Assembly: GCF_900232105.1 (NCBI RefSeq)
Contig: NZ_LT934425.1
Location: forward strand, 630,001-662,000
Direction: 5' to 3'
Length of the DNA stretch: 32,000 nt
From: Candidatus Kuenenia stuttgartensis
GTDB taxonomy: Bacteria > Planctomycetota > Brocadiia > Brocadiales > Brocadiaceae
The position numbers were made by a program, and so were the translations under genes. Below the pieces are notes generated by a model. That model made no database searches and had not been told where the DNA came from. It saw only the letters and a list, made by a program, of their open reading frames with translations. This document shows positions 1-8,671 of this stretch, piece by piece (position 1 is the first letter of the stretch; each line of letters opens with the position of its first letter).

Positions 1-546
1 GGCCGTAAACCGTTTATAATCCTCCGGGGAAATACGCAAGGAAACGATCTTATTATTCCCAACATAAGAAAGAGCCTCTGCTACAACGTGTTTTACAATG
101 CTGGCGCCATTTTCGTTAATTTCATAACCAACAACTTTATTCGCAACAGCCAATACGAAATGTATGATCTCCGATTCGGAGTCCTTCCAGATTATTTCTC
201 TTTTCTCCGTTAATTGTTTCACCGCATCCTCAAGCAGTGTGATCAATGCTGCATATTTTCTTTTTGTTTTTTCTATCTCTGATTGAAACTCCTTTTCCGC
301 AGAGAGTTTCCCCTCTTTGAAGGCTTCTTCTCTCACCAGTCTGATTTCTTGTTCTTTTAACGCCCTTAATTCATTTTCCTTTGCTAATTCAAGTTCTTTC
401 AGTTTTTCTTCTTCTTTTATATTTATTAACTCTTCTTCTGTTTTAAGCGTGTTTATTTGCTTTTTATGAGAATGAGGTATTACAGTCTCTATAACTTTCA
501 CTCCCTTTATAACAGGTAAGGAATAAACGCGCTTCCCGGTTTTCAT
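1..546 (-). CDS. fliH: Flagellar assembly protein FliH, partial (C-terminus outside window)
   Basis: Manual reverse-strand translation from the ATG at 546 gives MKTGKRVYSLPVIKGVKVIETVIPHSHKK...VVGYEINENGASIVKHVVAEALSYVGNNKIVSLRISPEDYKRFTA. This has a charged coiled coil and a FliH-like C-terminal domain. The start overlaps the fliG stop (ATGA) and follows fliF-fliG. Confidence 0.85.
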   Translation of the reverse strand, partial: MKTGKRVYSLPVIKGVKVIETVIPHSHKKQINTLKTEEELINIKEEEKLKELELAKENELRALKEQEIRLVREEAFKEGKLSAEKEFQSEIEKTKRKYAALITLLEDAVKQLTEKREIIWKDSESEIIHFVLAVANKVVGYEINENGASIVKHVVAEALSYVGNNKIVSLRISPEDYKRFTA

Positions 547-1571
547 ACTAATTTATCGTCCTTGCCGGAAGACCCCCCCTTCTTTTGAACAACATTTTCG
601 CCCTTTGCTTCCAACCGCTTTACCGCCTCTACAATTTGCAATTGTGCGCTCTGCACTTCGGACAACAATCTCGGCCCCAACAGCTCTCTTTCTTCCCTCA
701 CCGTCTCGCCAATACGTTTAGACATGTTTTTGAAAAACTTTGTCTCAACCTCCGCATTCGCCGTTTTTAATGCAAGCGCAATAACATTTATATCCACCTC
801 TGTAAGTATTTTTCTAAACGCTTCATCAAGAACATAAATCATATCATCAAAAGTAAACATCAACTTCTTTATTTCTTCAGCAAGCTCCGGATTTCTACGG
901 CTTATTTGTTCAATCACATCCTTATCCACTCCGCCCTCCAGCCCACCAATAATCTCCGAGGCAAATTTATGCCTTTTCTTCGCAGGCGTCTTCCGTCTTC
1001 TTCCTTCCGTTTTTATCTTTGCCATAACTACCTCGTTTACCTTGGTAATTAAACTTATCGGAGGAAGTTCGAGCGTTGCGATCCTCATGATAATATCAGA
1101 TTGTGCTTCCAGGGGAAATCTGGACAACAGCCTGGAGGCGCGTTCCGGTTCCGTATATGATAGTATAAGTGCAATCGTTTGCGGGTGTTCTCCTATCAGC
1201 AACCGCATGTATTCATCGTCAGAAACATCCTTTAAATTGGAAAAAGGCGTGGGGAGCATCACCCCTTGCTCCACATTCGCTATGATATCATCGCTTTTGT
1301 CTGTCCCAATCGCTTTTTCAAGTATCTTTCTAAAAGCATTTTTATCATGCTCCACCAGGCCGCCGCAGAGTTTCATTTCTTGCCGGAGTTCATCCAAAAC
1401 GGCGTCCACGATCTCATTATCCACATTTTCCATGCGGGTAATTTCGGCGGATACCGCCACAATCTGATTCTCATCAAAGGTCTTAAGTATTTCCGAAGCG
1501 ACGTCTGGATCAAGTATAGACAAGGCAATTGCTGCCTTTTGTATGCCTGACAAGTTTAATTTCGTTTTCAT
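543..1571 (-). CDS. fliG: Flagellar motor switch protein FliG
   Basis: 342-aa ORF with FliG signatures (SGIQKAAIALSILDPDVASEILKTF; LIGEHPQTIALILSYTEPERASRLLSRFP; MFTFDDMIYVLDEAFRKILTEVD). Lies immediately downstream of fliF. Confidence 0.97.
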   Translation of the reverse strand: MKTKLNLSGIQKAAIALSILDPDVASEILKTFDENQIVAVSAEITRMENVDNEIVDAVLDELRQEMKLCGGLVEHDKNAFRKILEKAIGTDKSDDIIANVEQGVMLPTPFSNLKDVSDDEYMRLLIGEHPQTIALILSYTEPERASRLLSRFPLEAQSDIIMRIATLELPPISLITKVNEVVMAKIKTEGRRRKTPAKKRHKFASEIIGGLEGGVDKDVIEQISRRNPELAEEIKKLMFTFDDMIYVLDEAFRKILTEVDINVIALALKTANAEVETKFFKNMSKRIGETVREERELLGPRLLSEVQSAQLQIVEAVKRLEAKGENVVQKKGGSSGKDDKLV

Positions 1572-1600
1572 ATCGGTATAATATCCTGTTCTTTACATTA

Positions 1601-3355
1601 TTACGATGAGATATATTCTCCTTCTATCCACCTCTTTAATGCTGTCGAGGTAAGATCGGTATCCTTCTGCATATGTCCGAGTATTAATTTCCGTTTTTTC
1701 TCTCTTTTCATTCCTTCCATTATTTCTTCAGGATTTTCCGACTCTTCCATCGCCAGCATTTCTTCTACTGCCGCTTCCAATTCCTCCTTTGTGTATTGGA
1801 TGCCTTGCCGCTCTTTGCTTATGCGTAATTCTTCAAACAGTTTATTCCTGCCGGCAGTATCGTCATGCTGCATTTTGGCAAATCCTTGCTTACCAGACTT
1901 TCCCTTAGCCGAAAAGTGTTCCATTTCAACCGTAGGTGCTGCCTTCTTTTTAATCTTCTTCATGCTTCGCAGCATAAACATCAGAAACATCAGCACTGTT
2001 ATGCCGAGCGAACCGTTTTTGGCCAGTTTTAACATAAATTCTTTTTGTTGCTCCTTCTTTAAAATTGCTTCTTCCTCTGCATAATCAGCTTCATAAAACT
2101 GTACATTTTGTATCTCAAAACTATCATTGCGGGAAACCATATTTACCCCCAACGCCTGTTTTACAAGAGAAGCAATTCCCTTCATTTCCTCATTATTTCT
2201 GGAAACATATGTTTGTTGTATTTTTCCATCTTCGGACTCAATTTTTTCATACTTGCCATCAACAAGAACAGCAACGGACAATCTTTTCAAATTCGCTCCG
2301 TGATCTGAAACCATACGTTCTACCTTGCTTAATTCATATTGCGTTTGCGCAGTTTCTTCCTCTTCGGAAGAACCGGAGGATTGAAGCATACTTGATTGCG
2401 ATAAGTTAAGATTTGCCTGCATTCCGGGAACACCTCCCCCCGAAAACGGAGTACCGCCGGATACCTTGGTAGTTACCGTTTGAACCTTAGGCACCCTGCG
2501 TTCAGGATCAAACTCAATTTGTTTTTCATCTACATGACGAAAATCCAGGTCAGCGCTTACCCTGACAACAGATTTTCCCGCTCCAACAATCCTGTCCAAC
2601 ATATCCTGAGCCTTCGCCACGTAATATTCTTCTATTTTTTTCTTTATTTCCAATTGATCATTACTTGCGCCTGTCTGTGAGAAAGGAGATTCTTTCTCCG
2701 AAAGCAGGTTGCCCCGAGTATCGGTTACCGTAACATTTTCAGGGATTAATCCCTCGACGCTGGAGCTTACCAAATGTACGATACTTGCAACTCGTTCCGG
2801 TTTTAACTTACCGCCGGTTTTTAGTTTCAACACAACGGATGCCGTTGGGGGTTTTTCATCTTCAACAAATAAAGATTTCTCAGGTATGGCAAGGTGTACC
2901 TGCGCCCAATCTACAAAATCCAGATGTTTAATTGTTTTCGCAAGTTCGCCCTGGATTGCCCTGCGATAATTTATCTTCTGGATAAAATCAGAAGAGCCAA
3001 AGCCTACCTTGTCCAGTAACTCATACCCGGTTTGTTCATGGGGCAAACCTTCACTGGCAAACTTGAGCCTCATCTCATAAATCTTATCATTGGGAACGAG
3101 AATCGTAGTCCCATTCCCACTTATTCTGTATGGAATATTCGCTTCCCTCAGATGATTTATAATCTCCCCGCTTTCTTTCGGGCTTAATTCTCCGTACAAT
3201 AATCCAAAGTCTGGTTTCCTGGCCCATTGCATTACCCCAACTATGCCAATCAGAAATGACAGGGTTAACGATATCATAATAAATTTATGCGAAAAACTAA
3301 TTTCCTTCCAAACATTCTTTAACTGCCCTGTAAAACTATTCATGTCTAAATTCAT
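1601..3355 (-). CDS. fliF: Flagellar MS-ring protein FliF
   Basis: ORF 1601-3442 has FliF features (RKPDFGLLYGELSPKESGEIINHLREANIPYRI; AQVHLAIPEKSLFVEDEKPPTASVVLKLK). The likely start is the internal ATG at 3355 (MNLDMNSFTGQLKNVWKEI), preceded by AAAGGAGC, rather than 3442. Confidence 0.95.
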   Translation of the reverse strand: MNLDMNSFTGQLKNVWKEISFSHKFIMISLTLSFLIGIVGVMQWARKPDFGLLYGELSPKESGEIINHLREANIPYRISGNGTTILVPNDKIYEMRLKFASEGLPHEQTGYELLDKVGFGSSDFIQKINYRRAIQGELAKTIKHLDFVDWAQVHLAIPEKSLFVEDEKPPTASVVLKLKTGGKLKPERVASIVHLVSSSVEGLIPENVTVTDTRGNLLSEKESPFSQTGASNDQLEIKKKIEEYYVAKAQDMLDRIVGAGKSVVRVSADLDFRHVDEKQIEFDPERRVPKVQTVTTKVSGGTPFSGGGVPGMQANLNLSQSSMLQSSGSSEEEETAQTQYELSKVERMVSDHGANLKRLSVAVLVDGKYEKIESEDGKIQQTYVSRNNEEMKGIASLVKQALGVNMVSRNDSFEIQNVQFYEADYAEEEAILKKEQQKEFMLKLAKNGSLGITVLMFLMFMLRSMKKIKKKAAPTVEMEHFSAKGKSGKQGFAKMQHDDTAGRNKLFEELRISKERQGIQYTKEELEAAVEEMLAMEESENPEEIMEGMKREKKRKLILGHMQKDTDLTSTALKRWIEGEYISS

Positions 3356-3605
3356 AGTAAATGCTCCTTTGATGGTTATGAGTATTTTATTGGTACGTTC
3401 GGATACAAAGCAATTACAATACCAACAGATAGCAATGGACACGCCAACAACAAAAATGTCCTATCATATTGATAAATAATACATTACAAGAACAGGTAAA
3501 ATATTGTTTTCAAAACGAATTCGGGCGAATGAAGGTGGAAGTCGATAATTACACTCTACTGTAAATTGAGTGTATATTATTTTAACAGAAAGACGGGAGG
3601 GTATA

Positions 3606-3728
3606 GGAGCATTCCAGATTTTTTGTAACCGTTTGTGTGATTGGGGGCAAAATAACGTTGCCAGGGGTTAAGACTACTCTACGTTTCATTAAAACATGGG
3701 AGATGTCACAAAAAACCGGGAATGCACC
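3606..3728. repeat. MITE-like unit, copy 1 (degenerate)
   Basis: Bounded by GGAGCATTCCAGATTTTTTGT at 3606 and the near reverse complement ACAAAAAACCGGGAATGCACC ending at 3728. Confidence 0.6.
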
Positions 3729-3776
3729 TGTATCAACCCCACAAGGGCATGAAAGCAGCAAGGGATGTGGTAAACC

Positions 3777-3919
3777 TGTCCCCCGCTGGCGGGGGATTAA
3801 GGGGGTGGAATTGTCTGCGGAGCGTGGGAAAGAGGGTCAAATTTGTTTTTATAATAAAGGGGTAGTTGAATCGGTGGAGAAATCCAGTCCACCCCCTGCA
3901 CCCCCGCCAGCGGGGGACA
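3777..3919. repeat. Inverted repeat pair with self-palindromic GC-rich arms
   Basis: TGTCCCCCGCTGGCGGGGGattaAGGGGGTGGA (3777-3809) against TCCACCCCCTgcaCCCCCGCCAGCGGGGGACA (3888-3919). The 19-bp core is a perfect inverted repeat. Confidence 0.75.
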
Positions 3920-3930
3920 TAGTTTGAACA

Positions 3931-4078
3931 GGAGCATTCCCGATTTTTGGTTAACTAATTGTACATTGTAACACAAGCATCCAGCTTGTGGTATTTTACC
4001 CTCAAGCTGGAAGCTTGAGTTACTATTCTTCCCCTCCCCCCTGCTAATGGCATTTTTACAAAAAATCGGGAATGCTCC
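3931..4078. repeat. MITE-like unit, copy 2
   Basis: GGAGCATTCCCGATTTTT at 3931 and its perfect reverse complement AAAAATCGGGAATGCTCC ending at 4078. Same terminal motif as the 3606-3728 unit. Confidence 0.7.
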
Positions 4079-4192
4079 CGTTGAGTTGAGGAAGGTATTC
4101 TTTTGTCTTATTATTTAAACTGTTTACCAATGTCGAAACAGTCATATGTTGTAACACTAAATTAAAATAGTGATGTTTACCGCATAGTGTAT

Positions 4193-4261
4193 GGACGAAG
4201 CATTTTGCTATAAATTGTCATAAATGCGTTCATACCCAAACACGGGCAAATGCTTCGCCCC
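4193..4261. repeat. Dispersed palindromic repeat, copy A
   Basis: GGACGAAGCATTTTGCTATAAATTGTCATAAATGCGTTCATACCCAAACACGGGCAAATGCTTCGCCCC. Its reverse complement closely matches 13522-13594. Confidence 0.75.
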
Positions 4262-4311
4262 TACTTTTTTCAAAAAACCAAAGTGTTACCAAATGTTTGA
4301 CGAGGAGTAAT

Positions 4312-4428
4312 TATTCAGCGTAAACGATACACGGCTTGTTACCAAACAGATACTTCACTATGTTCAGTACAAGGTTTGGGAACGAGTTGCGCTCTGATCT
4401 CCGGTAGTTTAATAAATTACGCTGAATA
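4312..4428. repeat. Small inverted-repeat-bounded element
   Basis: TATTCAGCGTAA at 4312-4323 and TTACGCTGAATA at 4417-4428 form a perfect 12-bp inverted repeat enclosing about 93 bp of non-coding DNA. Confidence 0.5.
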
Positions 4429-4536
4429 GTTACAACGAGGGAGGAAAAAGAATTATTATTTAAATGAAGAAGGTGCAAATTGATTTTTTGCGGGATGGTA
4501 CATGCGGAACGGGTGGCCTTGGAGTGTGAAAAACGG

Positions 4537-4878
4537 CTATTTTTGTTCTTTCATTACTTCTGTATACGTTTTTACTAACTTATTACGGGCCTCCATCATA
4601 TACTTAAAACTCACCTCCGCTTTTGACATGGCAACCATAACCTCATGTATATTTTCAACTTTGCCCGATGACAAATGCTCTATGCTATCATTGGTTTTTG
4701 TTTGCAACTCATTAATCTCATTAAAAAAACTGCCGAATGCATCCTGAAATGAAGTCCCTTTATCTGTTTGTTTCTTAGAATCAAAGTCATTCTTATGATT
4801 CTGAATTATTTGATCTTTTCCGAGGGGTGATATCGCCATAAAAGGAACTCTACATTGTATTGTATAGTTTAAAGGCAA
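4537..4878 (-). CDS. fliE: Flagellar hook-basal body complex protein FliE
   Basis: C-terminal region FQDAFGSFFNEINELQTKTNDSIEHLSSGKVENIHEVMVAMSKAEVSFKYMMEARNKLVKTYTEVMKEQ fits FliE (Gxvxdlh-VMxAxxKAxxxfxxxxxxRNKLVxxYxEvM). The start may be the internal ATG at 4839 (MAISPLG). Confidence 0.9.
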   Translation of the reverse strand: MPLNYTIQCRVPFMAISPLGKDQIIQNHKNDFDSKKQTDKGTSFQDAFGSFFNEINELQTKTNDSIEHLSSGKVENIHEVMVAMSKAEVSFKYMMEARNKLVKTYTEVMKEQK

Positions 4879-5152
4879 GTCTATATATTTTTTGAATACG
4901 CAACAAACTGATAGACTAAGTATTGGGGATTTATTCTAACAACGTTGCTGGCGGTGTCAACAAAAAACCCCGCAATTAAGGTGATGCCATACCTGTCTTT
5001 TTAGAAATATTATTGGTGGATTCGGCGTAAAAACCAACGCCTTAATCCACCCTACTCATAATTTAAACGCAAAGGCAAAAAAAGATTTTTTACCGGATAA
5101 TACTGTAGTAAGATATCCGGAGCAAAAATAATCTATGGTAATTGGTCATCAG

Positions 5153-5180
5153 TCTTTCGTCTTTCGTCTTTCGTCTTTCG
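5153..5180. repeat. Short tandem repeat (TCTTTCG)x4
   Basis: Four perfect consecutive 7-bp units, read directly. Confidence 0.85.
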
Positions 5181-5309
5181 TCACTCGTCATTGGTCAATT
5201 GTAAGCTTGTGAATAATTTTTTAATCTGTGAAATCTGTGGTTCCTCTTTTGTATTACCGTATTTCGTGCATGTTCGGTTCTGGCTTGTCCAGGTTAGGAT
5301 AGTATTGAT

Positions 5310-5714
5310 ATGAAAGTGTTACTGTTCACCCTGTGCCAGGCGGCAAATATTGATATTAAAAATAATTTAAACATCCTCGGTGCCTTCGATATGATTACGA
5401 CGACAAGGGTACCCATTGTATATTCCAGCACCCTTGTATTGAAATTGCGGTTTGGTAAAAGAGACGCGGGGAAGAAGACATTCAGAATATCTTTCATTGA
5501 TGCAGACGGGAAAAAACTATTGCCCACACTAGAAAATGCGTTTTTCGTAACAATTCCAGACGGGAGTTCATTTTGCTTCATGAACTTTATTCACCCAATT
5601 CATAAATTACCGTTGAACCATTTTGGCAATTATTCCATAGATTTTTCTATAGACGGGGCACTTGTCTGGTCGTTTGAGTTGATAGTAGCCGAAGCAAGAA
5701 AAAATGTCACATAG
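5310..5714 (+). CDS. Hypothetical protein, possibly DUF6941-like
   Basis: 134-aa intact ORF starting MKVLLFTLCQAANIDIKNNLNILGAFDMI, resembling small proteins with an 'xxAxxxxxxkLnilGafD' N-terminus. The family name is from memory and unverified. Confidence 0.6.
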   Translation: MKVLLFTLCQAANIDIKNNLNILGAFDMITTTRVPIVYSSTLVLKLRFGKRDAGKKTFRISFIDADGKKLLPTLENAFFVTIPDGSSFCFMNFIHPIHKLPLNHFGNYSIDFSIDGALVWSFELIVAEARKNVT

Positions 5715-5771
5715 CGCTGCAAAGGGGTTTTTACCAGGTGATGCTATAGTTTATTACGTGTCTGAAACCGG

Positions 5772-6377
5772 TTATCCAAATGAGAATCCCATTTTTTTTA
5801 GAATATGGATCCTTTTATCTCTCCATCGAACAAGATCATTTAAACCAATTTGTGGTGTTTTTTTCTCGATTTGTATGAGCTCCGGCAATCCTGATATCAT
5901 TTTGGCGTCAATTTCCGGTCTTCCGCCGTCTATAGACTCTCTAAGGTTGACAAATGCATTTTGTGGCGGAATGTTATACGCTTTTATGAAATGAGAGACA
6001 CTTTGCAAAACGCCCCGAAGGATATATGTTCCGCGTCCGGTAACCGTAACGTTCTCACGTTCAACGAGCCTTTTTGCAAGGCTTTCATCATAAAAAAACC
6101 TTGGCGATAATTCGTCCTGCCGTACAATTTTCAAGTTATTCTGCCCAAACATTTTTCTTGCATGTTCGACAAGAGACCTTTCCTGCTCTTTTATAGAAGA
6201 GAACACTAGCCCGTCTAAGACAACAAATCCATATACTCCTTCGTTTTTCGACACAGTCGTTATGCTGTTCAACAGTCTGGCATGGTATGTCATTTTACCG
6301 GAAGAAGATAAGAGAAAACTCATATATGGACTTACCAATAAATATATTTCTTTTATGTTTCTGCTTTCCTCTAACAT
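5772..6377 (-). CDS. Hypothetical protein
   Basis: 201-aa intact ORF convergent with the 5310-5714 gene. No family recognised. Confidence 0.6.
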   Translation of the reverse strand: MLEESRNIKEIYLLVSPYMSFLLSSSGKMTYHARLLNSITTVSKNEGVYGFVVLDGLVFSSIKEQERSLVEHARKMFGQNNLKIVRQDELSPRFFYDESLAKRLVERENVTVTGRGTYILRGVLQSVSHFIKAYNIPPQNAFVNLRESIDGGRPEIDAKMISGLPELIQIEKKTPQIGLNDLVRWRDKRIHILKKMGFSFG

Positions 6378-6535
6378 ATTTCTTCAAGATTCCTTGCTAG
6401 TCTGCTATCCCTATCTATAACATTATACCCGTCATATTGGGCAGTGAAATTCCGTTTCTTATTCCAATGCCTGTTTGATGTATTTAATATATAATCACAA
6501 AACAAAACCAAGTCAAGGACTATGATTTAATTGTG

Positions 6536-6559
6536 AAGTACGAAATCCGAAACAAATTC
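6536..6559. repeat. Left 24-bp inverted repeat flanking the IS1380-type insertion
   Basis: AAGTACGAAATCCGAAACAAATTC is the perfect reverse complement of 8414-8437. Confidence 0.85.
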
Positions 6560-6580
6560 CAATGGCAAAATGATTTGAAA

Positions 6581-8296
6581 CCTAAATCCTGCAAACGATT
6601 TTCGCAATGCGAAAATCAGTATTTTCCACTACCAAGATTGGCAAAAAGCGATAACAGATATCCGTTTTTTAGCAATTGTGGTAGCGCTATTGTACTACTT
6701 TAAACAAAAAGACATGGGAAATTGTCGGAAACGTGCTCTCTGATGCAATGAAAATCAAGATAGGGATGTACTGTCTCCATCTGCGGTATACTTACCACTC
6801 TCAAAAGACTAAAAAAACGAAATACAACGTCGGTTTTCTACTGAAAAACTACATCCAGTGACATGCGTTCCCACTTTTCCCATTCCTCCTGATGGAGAAA
6901 TTTCTCCGGCAATTTTAATGTCATCTGCCGGCTTCTCTCCACCAGTTTCCCTGCCACACGGATTAACCACAGTCTCATCGTCTTTACTTCCCACTTTTGT
7001 ATCACTCCACCACTGAGCAATCCCATCCACTTCAAAAGATTATACGCTAACACCGCACACTGAAATAGCGCAGCATTGGCCAAAAATTCACCCGTACGTA
7101 TGTGCCCCGCATTCATCTGTCCTTTACTCTCTTCTATCAAAGTCTCGCAGGTAGCCCTCTTTCCATAACAACGATGCGCTTCCATCGGACTTAACCGCTC
7201 CGTTGTAACGTAACAAAAATACTCATACACGGACACTTCTACTAATTTCTTTTCTCTTTTGACCAATTGCCGCACTGCCACAAAACGTCTCGCACGATCC
7301 CACCCTGCACATCGATACCAAAATTCAGCCTGTTCCCATCCTGGCTCCCCTTTCACCTCATTCCATTTCTGCCCTTCAAGCAATCCTTCCAGATTCTTCA
7401 GCTTTACCTTAATCAGATATCCCGCCAATATTGACTCAAGGTATTCAAGTAATTCTCCGGTAAAAAAACCGCTGTCTCCCCGAAATACCACCCTTACCCC
7501 CTTATTCATGTACGCCATACATTCCTTCATGAACTCTACTACTCCGTTACTCGTGTAGGCGCTTCCACAGCGGAACCAACTATGTAATACCTCCTTTGTT
7601 TCTGCAATAAATGCCATTAAGGGATGATACGCCTTCTGCCCCTTCTTGTGCGGATTATATCCTACCTCTGCACCCTCCTGTTTCCCATATACACCATCTA
7701 CGGTAGAATCAACATCTATCCATACTTCGCAAAGAGCACTCCTGAGTTTATGGCCTGATCTCACCGCACGCTTCCATATCTTTCCCCTAAACCGGTGGAT
7801 CACCCCCGTCAGTTCCACTATATCTCCCTGACTCGCCAGCTTCATAATACGTCCTATCGTAGTATCTACAGGTACCTCTTTCCACCCGGACATCTTCTTC
7901 AATACCTCATCTGTACACACCTTCATCACCTCTACCATCGATGTCGCCCCTGCTATCAACCCTATCACTACCATTTGTACCGCATCGACAAACTGATACC
8001 GGGCATTTGCTCCACGATCCTTATGGACCGCTTCATGGACTCTCTCCCGGAACATCAGCTTACCCATAAAATTCAATACCGGTAAAAGCCCTGCATGTAC
8101 CGTTAAGCCTTTCCCGCTCATCTCTGCCTTGATTTTCGGTTGTCTTTTGCTGTATTTTTTTGCTATATTCTTCATCGAAATGGTGAATCTCCTTTCAGGT
8201 GTTTTTTGTTATCAATATACCGCCGAATACCTTGGAAATCCTACCATTTCAATCCTATTCCTGCAACAAGGCTTTGCCTTGTTTGCAGGATTTAGG
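6581..8296 (-). mobile_element. IS1380-family insertion sequence, apparently complete
   Basis: Perfect 16-bp terminal inverted repeats CCTAAATCCTGCAAAC (6581-6596) and GTTTGCAGGATTTAGG (8281-8296), flanked by the 5-bp direct repeat TGAAA (6576-6580 and 8297-8301). Contains one full transposase ORF. Confidence 0.92.
6838..8175 (-). CDS. IS1380-family transposase
   Basis: 445-aa intact ORF (DVDSTVDGVYGKQEGAEVGYNPHKKGQKAYHPLMAF; VVFRGDSGFFTGELLEYLE; CYGKRATCETLIEESKGQMNAGHIRTGEFLANAALFQCAVLAYNLL), typical of IS1380 DDE transposases. Confidence 0.92.
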   Translation of the reverse strand: MKNIAKKYSKRQPKIKAEMSGKGLTVHAGLLPVLNFMGKLMFRERVHEAVHKDRGANARYQFVDAVQMVVIGLIAGATSMVEVMKVCTDEVLKKMSGWKEVPVDTTIGRIMKLASQGDIVELTGVIHRFRGKIWKRAVRSGHKLRSALCEVWIDVDSTVDGVYGKQEGAEVGYNPHKKGQKAYHPLMAFIAETKEVLHSWFRCGSAYTSNGVVEFMKECMAYMNKGVRVVFRGDSGFFTGELLEYLESILAGYLIKVKLKNLEGLLEGQKWNEVKGEPGWEQAEFWYRCAGWDRARRFVAVRQLVKREKKLVEVSVYEYFCYVTTERLSPMEAHRCYGKRATCETLIEESKGQMNAGHIRTGEFLANAALFQCAVLAYNLLKWMGLLSGGVIQKWEVKTMRLWLIRVAGKLVERSRQMTLKLPEKFLHQEEWEKWERMSLDVVFQ

Positions 8297-8413
8297 TGAA
8301 ATTCCAAACAAGCACATCTTTTTTCATGCCTCGTATTGTTTTGCCTGCCTGTGCGCGATTGCACTCAGACAGGGCTGTTTTGGAGTCGTTTTGAATTTTA
8401 TGCTTTGTTATTA

Positions 8414-8437
8414 GAATTTGTTTCGGATTTCGTACTT
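8414..8437. repeat. Right 24-bp inverted repeat flanking the IS1380-type insertion
   Basis: GAATTTGTTTCGGATTTCGTACTT, reverse complement of 6536-6559. Confidence 0.85.
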
Positions 8438-8671
8438 AGAATTTCGTATTTTTTACTTCGTGCTTGTTTGTTTCCAGCTACGCCAGCGTGGGTATTTATG
8501 CATGCATTTTTACTGTATACATTGCATTTGACAAGCATATTTGCTTTCCAAAAACCTACGGTTTAACAGAGTTTAAAACATTGACAAATTAACGTTTTAA
8601 CGGTAATATGCGTTTCTCCAACGAATTCCATCTTACCTTCAATTTATACCATTAAATACACATTTTTTATC

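Noticed and set aside
3637-3927. ORF of 96 aa on the plus strand
   Set aside because: It runs through the inverted-repeat cluster (Pro- and Gly-rich translation of GC-rich repeat arms) with no plausible domain. Most likely non-coding.
8199-8566. Short plus-strand ORFs (71 and 76 aa) between the IS1380 transposase and tyrA
   Set aside because: The first crosses the IS terminus, and both contain repeat sequence. No RBS or family motif.
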